58,597 bases of DNA from an uncultured Bacillales bacterium. Its GTDB lineage: Bacteria > Bacillota_I > Bacilli_A > RF39 > UBA660. A program made the translations under genes and the position numbers. The notes under the pieces were generated by a model, which ran no database searches, had not been told where the DNA came from, and worked only from the letters and a program-made list of their open reading frames with translations. Location of the stretch: assembly GCA_947168965.1 (NCBI GenBank), contig CAMVNW010000001.1:1-58597 (forward strand), read 5' to 3'. Shown here in pieces: positions 46,535 through 54,465 of this stretch. Numbering within the stretch: position 1 is the first letter of the stretch; each line of letters opens with the position of its first letter.

Positions 46535-46662
46535 AAATTATCTCTCCCTTTCCTATCTTATGAACTATATAAATTATAAATCACTTTTCAATAATAGTCA
46601 ATATTCTATTTGATAATTTTTTTTATTTACATTTTCATTTACAAATTATTTCCTTTTTACGT

Positions 46663-46692
46663 AAAGAAAAAAAGGTATATTTACATACCTTT
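46663..46692 (-). terminator. intrinsic terminator after glyQS
   Basis: Minus strand AAAGGTAT-gtaaat-ATACCTTT plus T-run, overlapping the stop codon. Confidence 0.65.
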
Positions 46693-48070
46693 AAAATTTT
46701 ATTTTTTCTTTAATATAATCTACTAATTCATCTACTTTTAGTGTTATTTGTTCCATTGTATCTCTGTCTCTTACTGTTACTGTATTATTATTTAATGTTT
46801 CTTCATCTATTGTTACACAGTATGGAGTACCTATTACGTCTTGTCTTCTATATCTTTTTCCAATATTTCCAGTTTCATCATATGATGTCATGAATTCTTT
46901 TGATAGTAAATTATATATTTCTTCTGCTTTTTCTTGATGATATTTTTTCATAAGTGGTAATACGGCTACTTTGTATGGAGCAATTGATGGAGCAAAATGC
47001 ATTACTTCTCTTGTTGTACCATCATTTAGTGTTTCTTCCTCATAGCTATCACATAGTACTGCTAATAAAAGTCTATCGCATCCTACAGATGGTTCTATAA
47101 CGTATGGAATATATTTTTCATTTGTTTCCGGATCTAAATATTTTAATTCTTTTCCTGAATGATTTGAATGAACTGTTAAATCATAGTCTGTTCTATCTGC
47201 AATTCCCCATAGTTCTCCGAATCCATTTGGATAGTTATATTCTATATCTGTTGTTCCTTTACTATAGAATACCAATTCTTCTGGTTTATGTTTTCTTAGC
47301 CTTAAATTTTCTTCTTTTATTCCCAAGTCTTTTAAGAAATTCATACAGTAATTTTCAAAATAATTAAACCATTCTATATCTGTTCCAGGCTTACAGAAAA
47401 ACTCGTATTCCATTTGTTCAAACTCTCTTGTTCTAAATATGAAGTTACCTGGTGTGATTTCGTTTCTAAATGCTTTACCTATTTGAGCAATACCAAATGG
47501 TACTTTTGCTCTCATACTTCTTTGTACATTTAAAAAGTTTACAAATATACCCTGAGCTGTTTCTCCTCTTAGATATACTTTGTTTTTTGTATCTTCTGTT
47601 ACACCCATATGTGTTTCGAATAATAGATTAAATTGTCTTATGTTTGTGAAGTTTGTTTTACCACATTTAGGACATGCAATATTATTTTCTTTTATATAGT
47701 TTTCTAATTTTTCATTATCCCAACCATCTCCAGTTTCTTCACCGTTGGAAAATTCTTCTATTAATTTATCTGCTCTATGTCTTGATTTACATTCCTTACA
47801 ATCTATTAGGGGATCCGCAAATGAAGAAACATGTCCAGACGCTACCCATACTTCTGGATTCATTAGTATTGCTGCATCTAGTTCATAACTATTTTTATTA
47901 TCTTGTACAAATCTTTTTCTCCAAGCATCTTTTATATTATTTTTTAATCTTGATCCTAGAGGACCATAATCCCAAGTATTTGCTAATCCATCATATATTT
48001 CTGATCCTTGATAAATAAATCCATATTGCTTACATAAATTTACCATTTTTTCCATTGTTAGTTTTTCCAT
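46691..48070 (-). CDS. glyQS: glycine--tRNA ligase (homodimeric GlyQS type)
   Basis: 459 aa. YGFIYQGSEIYDGLANTWDYGPLG, class II motifs, C-terminal anticodon-binding domain. Confidence 0.95.
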   Translation of the reverse strand: MEKLTMEKMVNLCKQYGFIYQGSEIYDGLANTWDYGPLGSRLKNNIKDAWRKRFVQDNKNSYELDAAILMNPEVWVASGHVSSFADPLIDCKECKSRHRADKLIEEFSNGEETGDGWDNEKLENYIKENNIACPKCGKTNFTNIRQFNLLFETHMGVTEDTKNKVYLRGETAQGIFVNFLNVQRSMRAKVPFGIAQIGKAFRNEITPGNFIFRTREFEQMEYEFFCKPGTDIEWFNYFENYCMNFLKDLGIKEENLRLRKHKPEELVFYSKGTTDIEYNYPNGFGELWGIADRTDYDLTVHSNHSGKELKYLDPETNEKYIPYVIEPSVGCDRLLLAVLCDSYEEETLNDGTTREVMHFAPSIAPYKVAVLPLMKKYHQEKAEEIYNLLSKEFMTSYDETGNIGKRYRRQDVIGTPYCVTIDEETLNNNTVTVRDRDTMEQITLKVDELVDYIKEKIKF

Positions 48071-48211
48071 AAAATCATCCTTTCAAATAAAAAGATTCCT
48101 TTAGTTTGTAAGGACCCAATTGGGCGGTTCCACCTTACTTATTCTAAAAGAATCAGCTTTAAGTATATTGCTCTTGGTTTCCAAGCCAGTCATCGCATTT
48201 CAAATATTACA
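48071..48211 (-). promoter_or_regulatory. T-box riboswitch leader (glycine)
   Basis: TTGACA-17-TAAAAT promoter (48246-48218). UGCGAUGA K-turn-like start. Stem III AUUCU-UUU-AGAAU. Antiterminator GUAAGG[UGGAACCG]CCC-AAUU-GGG-U-CCUUAC (48108-48138), with UGGA matching a UCCA tRNA-Gly end. Terminator GGGUCCUU...AAGGAAUC plus U-run. Confidence 0.75.
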
Positions 48212-48246
48212 TTGTTTATTTTATTACAATTTTTGTTATGTGTCAA

Positions 48247-48684
48247 TTATTTAAAAATTATATATGTAAAAAATAATGCTGAAAGAGTTCCAAATATTAG
48301 TCCTACCAATACTTCTTGTGGTTTATGTCCTAATTTTTCTTTTAATTTTTTCATACTTCCATCTTTAAATATTTCATCAAATATTTTATTAATTGCTTCT
48401 GCTTGCAATCCACTTTCCATTCTAAGACCCATAGCATCGTATGATACTATAAAAGTAAATACTAGTGCTACTGCAAATAGTGGACTATTAAATCCTTCAT
48501 TAAGTCCTATCATCATTGTTAGGGATGTTGAGAAGGATGTGTGTGATGATGGCATTCCACCTGTACCATTAAAAAGTCTTCCCCATACAAGTTTTTTATT
48601 AATTATAGATTCTATTATAAATTTTATTGTTTGGCATAATAATAATGTTATTACTGGTACTAGTAAATATTTATATTCTTCCAT
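48247..48684 (-). CDS. divergent PAP2-family membrane protein (DUF212)
   Basis: GGMPSSHTSF, SYDAMGLR, LGHKPQEVLVG motifs. Confidence 0.8.
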   Translation of the reverse strand: MEEYKYLLVPVITLLLCQTIKFIIESIINKKLVWGRLFNGTGGMPSSHTSFSTSLTMMIGLNEGFNSPLFAVALVFTFIVSYDAMGLRMESGLQAEAINKIFDEIFKDGSMKKLKEKLGHKPQEVLVGLIFGTLSALFFTYIIFK

Positions 48685-49419
48685 TTAATCACCTACTTTT
48701 GATATTTTTTCTATGAAATTTTTACTTTTTAAATATAGCCCTGTGTATCTTTCATAATATGCTGTTAGAAAGAAGTTTATTTCTTCTATTATTTTTTTTG
48801 AAATTTCTATTTTTTCTATTTTATCTATATTTATATAATAAAACATTCTTATTAATTTTATTGTTTTTTCATCTACTATTGTTTCATTTGTTCTACAGTT
48901 TTTGCATAAATATCCACCCTCGTCTGCTGATATTGTTATAACACTCTCGCTTCCGCATTTTGCACATTTATCTAATATTGGCATTACTCCTAAATAGTTA
49001 AGACATTTTAATTCTAATATATTTGTTATTACTAATGGATTCATGTTTTCTTCTATTTTATTCAATGATGATATTAATATATCATATGCTTCTATATTTT
49101 GTGTTTGTTTTATTACTTGTTCTACTAACTCTAAAATATATGTTGCATAGCTAATTTTATTAATATCTTTCTTTATGTTTTTATAGTAATTTTTTATGCT
49201 TACTTCTTTTAATGTAGATAATTTTTCTTCTTTATATATTATATTAAAATTTCCATATGTTAATATTGTTGTTCCACTTCTTAGTGGACTTTTGATTGTT
49301 TTTGCTCCTTTTGCAAGTAAGTTTATTACTCCGTGTTGTTTTGTTATTAGTGTTATTAGTTTACTTGTTTCACTATATGATTTTTCTCTTATTATTATTC
49401 CTTCGATTGTTTCTATCAT
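48685..49419 (-). CDS. recO: DNA repair protein RecO
   Basis: N-terminal OB fold. Zinc finger CAKCG...CKNC. Position after era as in Bacillus. Confidence 0.9.
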   Translation of the reverse strand: MIETIEGIIIREKSYSETSKLITLITKQHGVINLLAKGAKTIKSPLRSGTTILTYGNFNIIYKEEKLSTLKEVSIKNYYKNIKKDINKISYATYILELVEQVIKQTQNIEAYDILISSLNKIEENMNPLVITNILELKCLNYLGVMPILDKCAKCGSESVITISADEGGYLCKNCRTNETIVDEKTIKLIRMFYYINIDKIEKIEISKKIIEEINFFLTAYYERYTGLYLKSKNFIEKISKVGD

Positions 49420-49631
49420 ATTTCTTCAAATCTGTAAACTTGTTCTATGTTTGGATATTTTTCTTTATCTACTTTTGACAAAAACATTTCTTTATCTCTT
49501 ACCCATATTTCAGAATTATGCTCATATACTACTTGTTCTTTTAATGTTTCTGAGTCTTTTGCTATACATATAACTGTTACTATGTCTCCTTTAAAGTGTC
49601 TATATTTTTTTCCTTGTTTTATTTCTCTCAT
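49416..49631 (-). CDS. DUF1653 domain protein
   Basis: YRHFKGDIVTV...DSETLKEQVVYEH...FLSKVDKEKYPNIEQVYRFEEI. Confidence 0.75.
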   Translation of the reverse strand: MREIKQGKKYRHFKGDIVTVICIAKDSETLKEQVVYEHNSEIWVRDKEMFLSKVDKEKYPNIEQVYRFEEI

Positions 49632-49710
49632 TTTTTTCTACTTCTTTCATTTTTATATAGTATTCTATTTTACCTGTTGTTTTAAATAAGTCCCATAATA
49701 AGTTTTTCAT
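49600..49710 (-). CDS. yqzL: YqzL-family small protein (36 aa)
   Basis: AGGTGA SD. MKNLLWDLFKTTGKIEYYIKMKEVEKNERNKTRKKI fits the W..F..TG.I..Y...KE.E motif. Sits between era and recO as in B. subtilis. Not in the track (short). Confidence 0.5.
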   Translation of the reverse strand: MKNLLWDLFKTTGKIEYYIKMKEVEKNERNKTRKKI

Positions 49711-49747
49711 TTTATCACCTATTTTATATTGGTACTTTTTTTATTTT

Positions 49748-50635
49748 TTATTCAAGAAAATCATTATATCCAAATTCAGTCAAATATTTTTCTCTATCTC
49801 TCCATTTTGGTATTGTTTTTACAAATAGATCTAAATATACTTTTTTACCTAGTAATTCTTCTAATTCTTTTCTTGATCTTATTCCTATTTCTTTTATTTT
49901 ATTTCCTTGACGACCAATTATTATTTTTTTCAATGAGTCTCTGTCTACTATAATTGCGACGTTTATTAAATAATGATCTTTTTGTTTTTCTATATTTTCT
50001 GTGATACATGTAAGTGAATGTGGAACTTCTTCTTCTGTTAGATTAAATACTTTTTCTCTTACTATTTCTGATACTTGGAATGTTAAATTTTTATTTGTAT
50101 ATGTGTTATCTTCATAGTATTTAATGTTATCTGTTAAATAGTTTTTTAATACTTTTGTTACTGTATCAATATTGTTTTTCTTTAAAGCAGATAAAGGTAT
50201 TATTTCTTTAAATTCATATAAGTCTTTATATTCATTTATTTTTAATAGTATTTCTTCTTTTGTTAGTTTATCTATTTTGTTAATTATTAAAATTACTGGT
50301 TTTTTTACATCTTTTAATGTTTCTATTATGTATTTATCGCCTCTACCTAGTTCTTCGCTACCATCTACTAAAAAAAGTATTATATCTACGTCGTTTACTG
50401 AATAATATGCTTGTTTATTTAATGTTTTTCCTAGTTTATGGCTTGGTTTATGTATTCCTGGTGTATCTACAAATACTATTTGTGAATCTGAATCGTTGTA
50501 TATTCCTTGTATTATATTTCTTGTTGTTTGCGGCTTATTTGATGTTATTGCGACTTTTTTCCCTACTATACTGTTTATTAATGTAGATTTTCCTACATTA
50601 GGTCTTCCTATTAATGTTACGAATCCTGATCTCAT
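49748..50635 (-). CDS. era: GTPase Era
   Basis: GRPNVGKST, DTPG, NKID G motifs. C-terminal KH domain. Confidence 0.95.
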   Translation of the reverse strand: MRSGFVTLIGRPNVGKSTLINSIVGKKVAITSNKPQTTRNIIQGIYNDSDSQIVFVDTPGIHKPSHKLGKTLNKQAYYSVNDVDIILFLVDGSEELGRGDKYIIETLKDVKKPVILIINKIDKLTKEEILLKINEYKDLYEFKEIIPLSALKKNNIDTVTKVLKNYLTDNIKYYEDNTYTNKNLTFQVSEIVREKVFNLTEEEVPHSLTCITENIEKQKDHYLINVAIIVDRDSLKKIIIGRQGNKIKEIGIRSRKELEELLGKKVYLDLFVKTIPKWRDREKYLTEFGYNDFLE

Positions 50636-51021
50636 TTTAAATCATCCTCGTCAAATGGGTAAGGACATAATTCACTTACTTTATATTCTTTTGTTTCGCC
50701 ATTATTGTTATAGCATGTTACAATAGCATCTTTATCAAATAATTCAGATATTACTTGTCTACACATAAAACATGGTGTGCTTATTGTTTTACTATCTAAG
50801 CACATAACATGTAGTTCTTTGAAATCTCCTTTTTTATATCCAGCACTTACTGCACTTAGTATAGCACTTCTTTCTGCACAGATAGTTGCACCATATGAAG
50901 CGTTTTCTACGTTTACTCCTCTGAATTTATTTCCATCTTTCATTACTACAATAGCAGCAACTCTAAAATGTGAGTATGGACTATATGAATTTTTTCCTAG
51001 TTCTAATAATTCTTCAATCAT
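50632..51021 (-). CDS. cdd: cytidine deaminase
   Basis: CAERSA and PCFMCRQ zinc motifs. Confidence 0.9.
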   Translation of the reverse strand: MIEELLELGKNSYSPYSHFRVAAIVVMKDGNKFRGVNVENASYGATICAERSAILSAVSAGYKKGDFKELHVMCLDSKTISTPCFMCRQVISELFDKDAIVTCYNNNGETKEYKVSELCPYPFDEDDLK

Positions 51022-51162
51022 TGTTACCTCCTATTTGTTTACTAGATTAAGTATACCATAAATATTATTTTGATTAAATATTTTTTAAGTTTTTATTTGT
51101 TTTTTATTTAATAATTTATTTTATTATTGTATAATTATGGTAACGGGATAAGGAGGTGAATT

Positions 51163-51828
51163 ATGAAAAAATATATTTGTGAAGGTGTTGGTACTATGTT
51201 GCTTACTCTTCTAGCTTGTGGTGTTGCATGTATTCTTGGATGTAATACTGTAGCTGGTGTTATCGGTACTTCATTTGCTTTCGGTCTTGTTATTGTTGCA
51301 GCTGCTTATAGTATTGGTAATGTTTCAGGATGTCATATCAACCCTGCTGTTAGTATTGCTTTAACAGTTGCTGGTAAGATGGAAGTTAAGGAATGTGTTA
51401 AATACATTATTTCTCAAGTAATTGGTGCATTCGTTGGTTCTTTACTTCTTGCTGTTTGTTTAAAAGGATTTGATTCTCTTGGAGCAAATGGATATGATGG
51501 AACTAATGTTACACTATGGATTGCTCTTCTTGTTGAAGTAATTCTAACATTTATATTCACTACTACTATTTTAGGTGTTACTGATAAAAAAGAAAATGGA
51601 CATGCTACTGGAATCGTTATTGGTTTAACTTTAGTTTTAGTTCATTTATTCGGTATTCCTTTTACAGGTACTAGTGTTAACCCTGCTAGAAGTTTGGCTC
51701 CTGCTGTTTTACAAGGTGGAGAAGCTTTAAAACAAGTTTGGGTATTTATAGTAGCTCCTTCTGTTGGTGCAATTATGGCTGGATTATTCTATAAGTTTGT
51801 TTTACAAACTGGTAAGAAAGCTAAATAA
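51163..51828 (+). CDS. MIP-family channel (aquaporin Z-like)
   Basis: Two NPA boxes (HINPAVS, SVNPARS). Six TM helices. Confidence 0.9.
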   Translation: MKKYICEGVGTMLLTLLACGVACILGCNTVAGVIGTSFAFGLVIVAAAYSIGNVSGCHINPAVSIALTVAGKMEVKECVKYIISQVIGAFVGSLLLAVCLKGFDSLGANGYDGTNVTLWIALLVEVILTFIFTTTILGVTDKKENGHATGIVIGLTLVLVHLFGIPFTGTSVNPARSLAPAVLQGGEALKQVWVFIVAPSVGAIMAGLFYKFVLQTGKKAK

Positions 51829-51834
51829 AAAAAG

Positions 51835-51862
51835 CCTTATAGTTTTTCTATAAGGTTTTTAT
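51835..51862 (+). terminator. intrinsic terminator after the aquaporin gene
   Basis: CCTTATAG-ttttt-CTATAAGG followed by TTTTTATT. Confidence 0.7.
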
Positions 51863-52132
51863 TATGTCTATTATTTGTATTTATATAATTAAAATGTCTT
51901 TTTATATTGCATATTTTCTTCTAATTTAGCCATTTGATTTAGCATTGCTTCATAATCCCCGCTTATATCTAATTTATATGGAATATTATATGTATTAATT
52001 ATATTTTTGTACATTGTTAATAATTGTATTTTTTCTTCGGCTGTTGCATTTAGTTTTCTAAATTCATTGTTATCTGAAACTAATATTTGTGTATTTTAAC
52101 GCAATCAGTATATTTTGTCAAATAAAAAGGAA

Positions 52133-52531
52133 CTATAATAATAGTTCCATGATTTTAGGTACAAATATAATTAATCCTGATATTGCTGCAGTTAAGGCAA
52201 ATACAAGTACTGCTCCACTTGCTGTGTCTTTTGCTATTTTAGCTAGTGGATCAATTTTAGGACATGCTAAATCTACTACTGCTTCTATTGATGTATTTAT
52301 CATTTCTGTTGCGATTACAAGTCCGAATAATATTAGGCATATTAGCCATTCGAAGTAACTTATTTTAAGTACTATTCCTAATATTATTGCTAATATCATT
52401 ACAATTGTATGAACTATTATGTTTTGTTCAAATTTGAATGCATATATTATTCCTTCTGTCGCATATTTAAAACTTTTAATTAGTCTTTTAAATCCTTTTT
52501 CTTTTAATTTATCTCGTGATACCGAATCCAT
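52133..52531 (-). CDS. dgkA: diacylglycerol/undecaprenol kinase DgkA
   Basis: 132 aa, 3 TM. EMINTSIE and AKDTASGAV motifs. Confidence 0.85.
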   Translation of the reverse strand: MDSVSRDKLKEKGFKRLIKSFKYATEGIIYAFKFEQNIIVHTIVMILAIILGIVLKISYFEWLICLILFGLVIATEMINTSIEAVVDLACPKIDPLAKIAKDTASGAVLVFALTAAISGLIIFVPKIMELLL

Positions 52532-52961
52532 TTAATATTTCCTCCTGCTTCGCAAACATTATTTCTTCTTCTTCTTTTTTCATATGATCATATCCTAGTA
52601 AATGTAGGAATCCATGTACTGTTAGGAATGCTAATTCTCTTTTTTCTGAATGGCCATATTCACTCGCTTGTTCTCTTACTTTATCTATTGAGATATAAAT
52701 ATCTCCAAGTACTCTATAATGGTCAAATTCTATTTCTTCATTATCTTCTAATGCGAATGATATTACATCTGTTGGTCTATCTATACCTCTATATTCTTTA
52801 TTTATTTCATGTATTCTTTTATTATCTACTATTATAACGCTAAATTCTAATTCTGTATCTTCTAGATTTTCTACTTTTCTTGCGTATTCTAATAGTGGTT
52901 TTAATATTTCTAGGTTTTCAATTTGTTCTTCTGTTTCATTAAATATTTCTACATTATCCAT
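52509..52961 (-). CDS. ybeY: rRNA maturation RNase YbeY
   Basis: HGFLHLLGYDH zinc motif. Start placed at MDNVEIF after GGTGAG. Confidence 0.9.
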   Translation of the reverse strand: MDNVEIFNETEEQIENLEILKPLLEYARKVENLEDTELEFSVIIVDNKRIHEINKEYRGIDRPTDVISFALEDNEEIEFDHYRVLGDIYISIDKVREQASEYGHSEKRELAFLTVHGFLHLLGYDHMKKEEEEIMFAKQEEILNGFGITR

Positions 52962-53003
52962 TTTTCTCACCAAAGATATTATACACTAATTTTAAAAAAA
53001 TTA

Positions 53004-54179
53004 CTAATTTTCTTCTATGTTTTCTAATGTTTGATAATCTGTGATATTTTCATATACTGAGAAAAAAATGTTTAGTTCTAATTCTGATTCTTTTATATTT
53101 GTATTTAATACTTTATAATTTATTATATATTCTTCTTCTTTTAAGTTTGACTTTATTTTTTCTACCCCTTTATCTATTGCTTTTTTTATTGCTTCATCTG
53201 TTGTTAATACTTGTTCTATATTTTCTGTTTCTGTTTGTTTTTGTTTTACTAGTTTTATAGGAAGTAAATTGTTTGAGATTATGTTTTTTTCTTCTATTTT
53301 TTTTGTTTTGTATTTATTTTTTGTTAATTCTATATTTTTATTTAATATTTTTAATACATATATTTCTTGTTTGTTATTTAGTTCTTTTGTTTCTTGATAT
53401 ACAAATGGATATGTTACGCTTATCTCGTACCAGACTTCTCCAAATACAATTCCCTCTGCAGGTACGCTTTCTTTTATTTCTTCATTATCCATTATATTAC
53501 CACTTATTATTACATCTCCTTTTTTTACATATGAATTTATTTCTTTTACAATTTGTCCATGTTCTGCCTTAATTTCTTTTATTATCGCATCTTTTTTTGA
53601 AATAATATTTCTGTTTTCTAATGTTTCTTTAGTTTCTTTTATTATTCTCATTTCAACTCTTACTATATATTTTGTTCCTTTTGTTTCTATTTCTAACCAT
53701 TCTATTTTATCTTTATATTTATTTATTAAGTCTTCTTTTATTTTTTCTATTTGATAATAATTCTTTTTGAATGTTTTTTCTTTTATTCCATAGTTTTTTA
53801 ATTCTCTTTTTAGGAATTCTCTTGTTTCTTTATCATTATATATTATTTCTATATCAAATATAATGCTGGTTAATGTTTTTAATATAATTATTCCTATTAT
53901 TATACTTAATATTAAATATTTATTTAGATTTAGTTTTTTCTTTATTTTTATTATTCCATATGAATTTAATTTTTCTACGTTATATATTGTTTTTATTTGT
54001 TTTAGTTTTTCATAGTCTTTCTCATATATGATTATGTCTATTTCCTCTTTATTTTTATGGATACATTTTAAAAGTTCTATTTTATTTTTATGTAGTCTTA
54101 TTATAAATCTATTTATGTTTTTTCCTTTTATATTTAGTTTTATTTTATTTTTTAGATCATATATGATTTTATTTTTCAT
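53004..54179 (-). CDS. yqfD: sporulation protein YqfD
   Basis: 391 aa. Single central TM. Position and size match YqfD, downstream of yqfC. Confidence 0.75.
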   Translation of the reverse strand: MKNKIIYDLKNKIKLNIKGKNINRFIIRLHKNKIELLKCIHKNKEEIDIIIYEKDYEKLKQIKTIYNVEKLNSYGIIKIKKKLNLNKYLILSIIIGIIILKTLTSIIFDIEIIYNDKETREFLKRELKNYGIKEKTFKKNYYQIEKIKEDLINKYKDKIEWLEIETKGTKYIVRVEMRIIKETKETLENRNIISKKDAIIKEIKAEHGQIVKEINSYVKKGDVIISGNIMDNEEIKESVPAEGIVFGEVWYEISVTYPFVYQETKELNNKQEIYVLKILNKNIELTKNKYKTKKIEEKNIISNNLLPIKLVKQKQTETENIEQVLTTDEAIKKAIDKGVEKIKSNLKEEEYIINYKVLNTNIKESELELNIFFSVYENITDYQTLENIEEN

Positions 54180-54181
54180 AT

Positions 54182-54421
54182 TTACCTCATTTCAATATTT
54201 TTTATATTACCTGATATCAATATTTCATCGTCTAGTAGTTTAGATACTACTAGTTTTTCTCCTTTTATTTTTATTTCTCCACTATCATAGTTTATTATTA
54301 TTAAGTCATTATCTAAATAACCAATTGATTCATAGTTACATATGTCTACTTTATTTTTTAATACTCTCATGTTAAACATTTCATCTAGTAAATAGTTCCT
54401 TGTTCTTTTTACTATACTCAT
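54182..54421 (-). CDS. yqfC: sporulation protein YqfC
   Basis: 79 aa. ...GEIKIKGEKLVVSKLLDDEILISGNIKNIE pattern of YqfC. Confidence 0.75.
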   Translation of the reverse strand: MSIVKRTRNYLLDEMFNMRVLKNKVDICNYESIGYLDNDLIIINYDSGEIKIKGEKLVVSKLLDDEILISGNIKNIEMR

Positions 54422-54465
54422 ATTACCACCTATATAAGTGTATGAAAAAAAGGACTAATTAGTCC

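Noticed and set aside
48212-48688. 158-aa plus-strand ORF almost coextensive with the minus-strand 145-aa ORF
   Set aside because: The minus-strand product carries the DUF212/PAP2 motifs (GGMPSSHTSF, LGHKPQEV) and fits the operon direction. The plus-strand product has no recognisable motif.
51895-52090. Minus-strand open frame (...SDNNEFRKLNATAEEKIQLLTMYKNIINTYNIPYKLDISGDYEAMLNQMAKLEENMQYKKTF) between the aquaporin gene and dgkA
   Set aside because: Only the last 41 codons follow an ATG, there is no SD and no family was recognised. It is possibly a gene remnant, but the evidence is too weak to call.
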